This document shows positions 4,355 to 6,061 of a DNA stretch of 6,061 nucleotides, piece after piece (the first letter of the stretch is position 1; the number at the start of each line of letters is the position of its first letter). The position numbers were made by a program, and so were the translations under genes. Below the pieces are notes generated by a model. It was not told where the DNA came from. It was given only the letters and a program-made list of their open reading frames with translations, and did not search any database. The DNA is from an uncultured Gammaproteobacteria bacterium (GTDB lineage Bacteria > Patescibacteriota > Microgenomatia > Daviesbacterales > UBA10151): the NCBI GenBank assembly GCA_964522265.1, contig CAZFVS010000066.1:1-6061 (forward strand), read 5' to 3'.

Positions 4355-4700
4355 AATTTTAGTCACCATTTTTGGTGTATTAGGAATAGTGTTTACCTAC
4401 TGGTTCTTTTTGATGAAAAAAGAAAGGGAGTTGGCGGTTAAAAATGAGGTAGATATTACTGTTGAAGGCGGTTACACACCGGATGTTATCTCAGTACCTT
4501 TGGGAAAGTTGACAAAAATCAATTTTTTCCGCAAAGACTCCTCGAGCTGTTTGGAAGAGGTGGTTTTAGGCGAATTCAAAATTCGAAAACAGCTGCCTTT
4601 GAATAAAAAAGTGACCGTTGAAATTATGCCGCAAAAAAGAGGAGAGTTTGTGTTTACCTGCGGCATGAACATGTTTCACGGAAAGGTGATAGTCAGATGA
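4347..4700 (+). CDS. Membrane-anchored cupredoxin-like domain protein (Cupredoxin_1-type, commonly encoded upstream of copA)
   Basis: 117 aa from ATG 4347 (AGGTGGG at 4337-4343; ATGGATAA overlap with the upstream gene). An N-terminal TM ([20 protein letters not shown]) is followed by a beta-rich domain: [34 protein letters not shown]...[18 protein letters not shown]. The C...C-G-M-x-M-x-H ligand pattern is typical of this family. The stop overlaps the copA start (ATGA). Confidence 0.8.
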   Translation: MDKILVTIFGVLGIVFTYWFFLMKKERELAVKNEVDITVEGGYTPDVISVPLGKLTKINFFRKDSSSCLEEVVLGEFKIRKQLPLNKKVTVEIMPQKRGEFVFTCGMNMFHGKVIVR

Positions 4701-6061
4701 AAAAAACCTACCCGGTGAAAGGGATGCACTGTGCATCATGCGTAAGACTGATTGAAAAAGCGTTGTCCAAAGTTGACGGTGTAGCATCCGCCAGCGTTAA
4801 CCTGGCGAGTGAAAAGGCAACGGTTGAATACAACTCCAAAGTTGCCAGCGAAGAAAAAATACAGTCTGCTGTTGCTGGTGTAGGATACCAGCTTATGATC
4901 AACGAGGAAATTAAATCGGAAGACGAAACAAAAATAGAAAAGGTAAAGGAGCTGAAAGATCTGCGCACAAAGGTGATGATCAGTTTGGTGTTGGGAGGGC
5001 TTATCCTTTGGGGTAGTTTTCCCGGTTTGGTACAGACGGCACCGGTTTTTTTACAAAACTTCTGGATGCAGTTTTTACTCGCAACACCGGTCCAATTTTG
5101 GGTCGGGTCTGCATTTTATAAAGCAGCCATCCCTGCGCTCAAACACAGAAGCGCCAATATGGATACTCTGGTTGCGATTGGTACTACAGTAGCTTACGGA
5201 TATTCTGCTTTTGTAACAATTTTTCCACAAGTGGTAAAAAATATCGGGATAGAACCGATGCCTTATTTTGATGTTGCAACCATAATAATCGGCCTGATCC
5301 TTTTGGGCAGGTATTTTGAAGCGAAGGCCAAAGCAGGTACATCTGAAGCAATTAAAAAACTGATAGGATTGCAGGCTAAAACGGCAAGAGTTTTGCGGGA
5401 TGGCAAAGAGTTGGATATACTGATTGACCAGGTTGTAATTGGGGATATCATCAGGGTCCGACCCGGAGAAAAGATACCTGTTGACGGTGTAATAACTTTA
5501 GGGGAGTCCAGTATCGACGAATCAATGATTACCGGGGAAAGCATTCCAGTGGATAAAACTAAAGGTGATAGTGTTGTCGGTGCAACGATCAACAAAACCG
5601 GCACATTCACCTACCGGGCTACCAAAGTTGGTAAGGATACGGTTTTAGCCCAAATTATTAAACTTGTGACTCAAGCCCAGGGATCAAAGGCACCAATCCA
5701 AAGGCTTGCGGATCTGATCTCATCATATTTTGTGCCGATCGTCATCATGCTTGCTATTTTCACTTTTGTGGTATGGTATGTATTTGGCCAGTCCCCAGCT
5801 TTGCTTTTTGCACTTTTAAACACTGTGGCGGTACTGATTATCGCCTGCCCCTGCGCTATGGGTTTGGCCACACCGACTGCAATTATGGTGGGGACCGGGA
5901 AAGGTGCAGAACACGGCATACTGATAAAAGATGCGGAAAGCCTAGAAACCGCCCATAAAATCAACACTATTATTTTTGACAAAACTGGAACATTAACTTA
6001 CGGTAAGCCTGTGGTTACGGATGTCGTTTCTATGGAATTGGATTCCCGCCTGCCTGCCGGT
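4697..6061 (+). CDS. copA: Copper-translocating P1B-type ATPase CopA, N-terminal 455 codons (3' end lies beyond the window)
   Basis: My own translation of frame 2 from ATG 4697 (AAGGTGA RBS at 4683-4689) runs to 6061 without a stop. It contains an HMA domain [15 protein letters not shown] (GMHCASC at 4721-4741), the actuator motif ITGES, the TM6 CPC motif ([13 protein letters not shown], 5846-5854) and the phosphorylation site DKTGTLT (5978-5998). Confidence 0.97.
   Translation, partial: MKKTYPVKGMHCASCVRLIEKALSKVDGVASASVNLASEKATVEYNSKVASEEKIQSAVAGVGYQLMINEEIKSEDETKIEKVKELKDLRTKVMISLVLGGLILWGSFPGLVQTAPVFLQNFWMQFLLATPVQFWVGSAFYKAAIPALKHRSANMDTLVAIGTTVAYGYSAFVTIFPQVVKNIGIEPMPYFDVATIIIGLILLGRYFEAKAKAGTSEAIKKLIGLQAKTARVLRDGKELDILIDQVVIGDIIRVRPGEKIPVDGVITLGESSIDESMITGESIPVDKTKGDSVVGATINKTGTFTYRATKVGKDTVLAQIIKLVTQAQGSKAPIQRLADLISSYFVPIVIMLAIFTFVVWYVFGQSPALLFALLNTVAVLIIACPCAMGLATPTAIMVGTGKGAEHGILIKDAESLETAHKINTIIFDKTGTLTYGKPVVTDVVSMELDSRLPAG

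Noticed and set aside
1619-5982. Other embedded or antisense ORFs from the track (1619-1804, 1744-1983, 2648-2917, 2668-2988, 3167-3499, 3729-4016, 4160-4369, 4472-4672, 4566-4787, 4708-4968, 5263-5610, 5671-5982, 5773-5958)
   Set aside because: Each is nested in or opposite a CDS with clear family motifs (DUF1573, CcdA-like, CsoR, CopA). None has an RBS or recognisable domain. The 4708-5982 set overlaps the uninterrupted CopA frame.
1-6061. Alternative genetic code, CRISPR array, IS element or prophage content
   Set aside because: TGA clearly terminates genes with coupled restarts (1985-1987, 4698-4700). I saw no spaced direct repeats, terminal inverted repeats, or transposase or integrase-like ORFs.

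Overview
AT-rich bacterial window using the standard code (TAA, TAG and TGA all close ORFs). It has three parts. (1) 1-152: a minus-strand, slightly atypical tRNA-like gene with its own promoter. The promoter core is repeated on both sides of the gene. (2) 178-1458: a stand-alone C-terminal-half (split-type) transketolase gene that converges stop-to-stop on a small hypothetical ORF. (3) 1445-6061: a same-strand, tightly packed seven-gene copper operon that begins at a perfect C4/G4 palindrome resembling a CsoR operator. In order it encodes a signal-anchored DUF1573-type protein with a CxC motif, a membrane-anchored protein I cannot assign to a family (CC-x8-C-x-H motif), a CcdA/DsbD-family permease whose two signature cysteine positions are vicinal CC pairs, a CsoR-family Cu(I) repressor, a small 2-TM protein, a membrane-anchored cupredoxin-like protein, and a P1B-type Cu(I)-ATPase CopA. 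CopA is 5' partial-free but truncated by the window end, so it is absent from the ORF track. The best candidate for something undescribed is the first three genes (1478-3797). They form a cysteine-motif envelope module with no thioredoxin-fold partner, wired directly into csoR-copA. Family assignments come from motif recognition by eye; no database search was possible.
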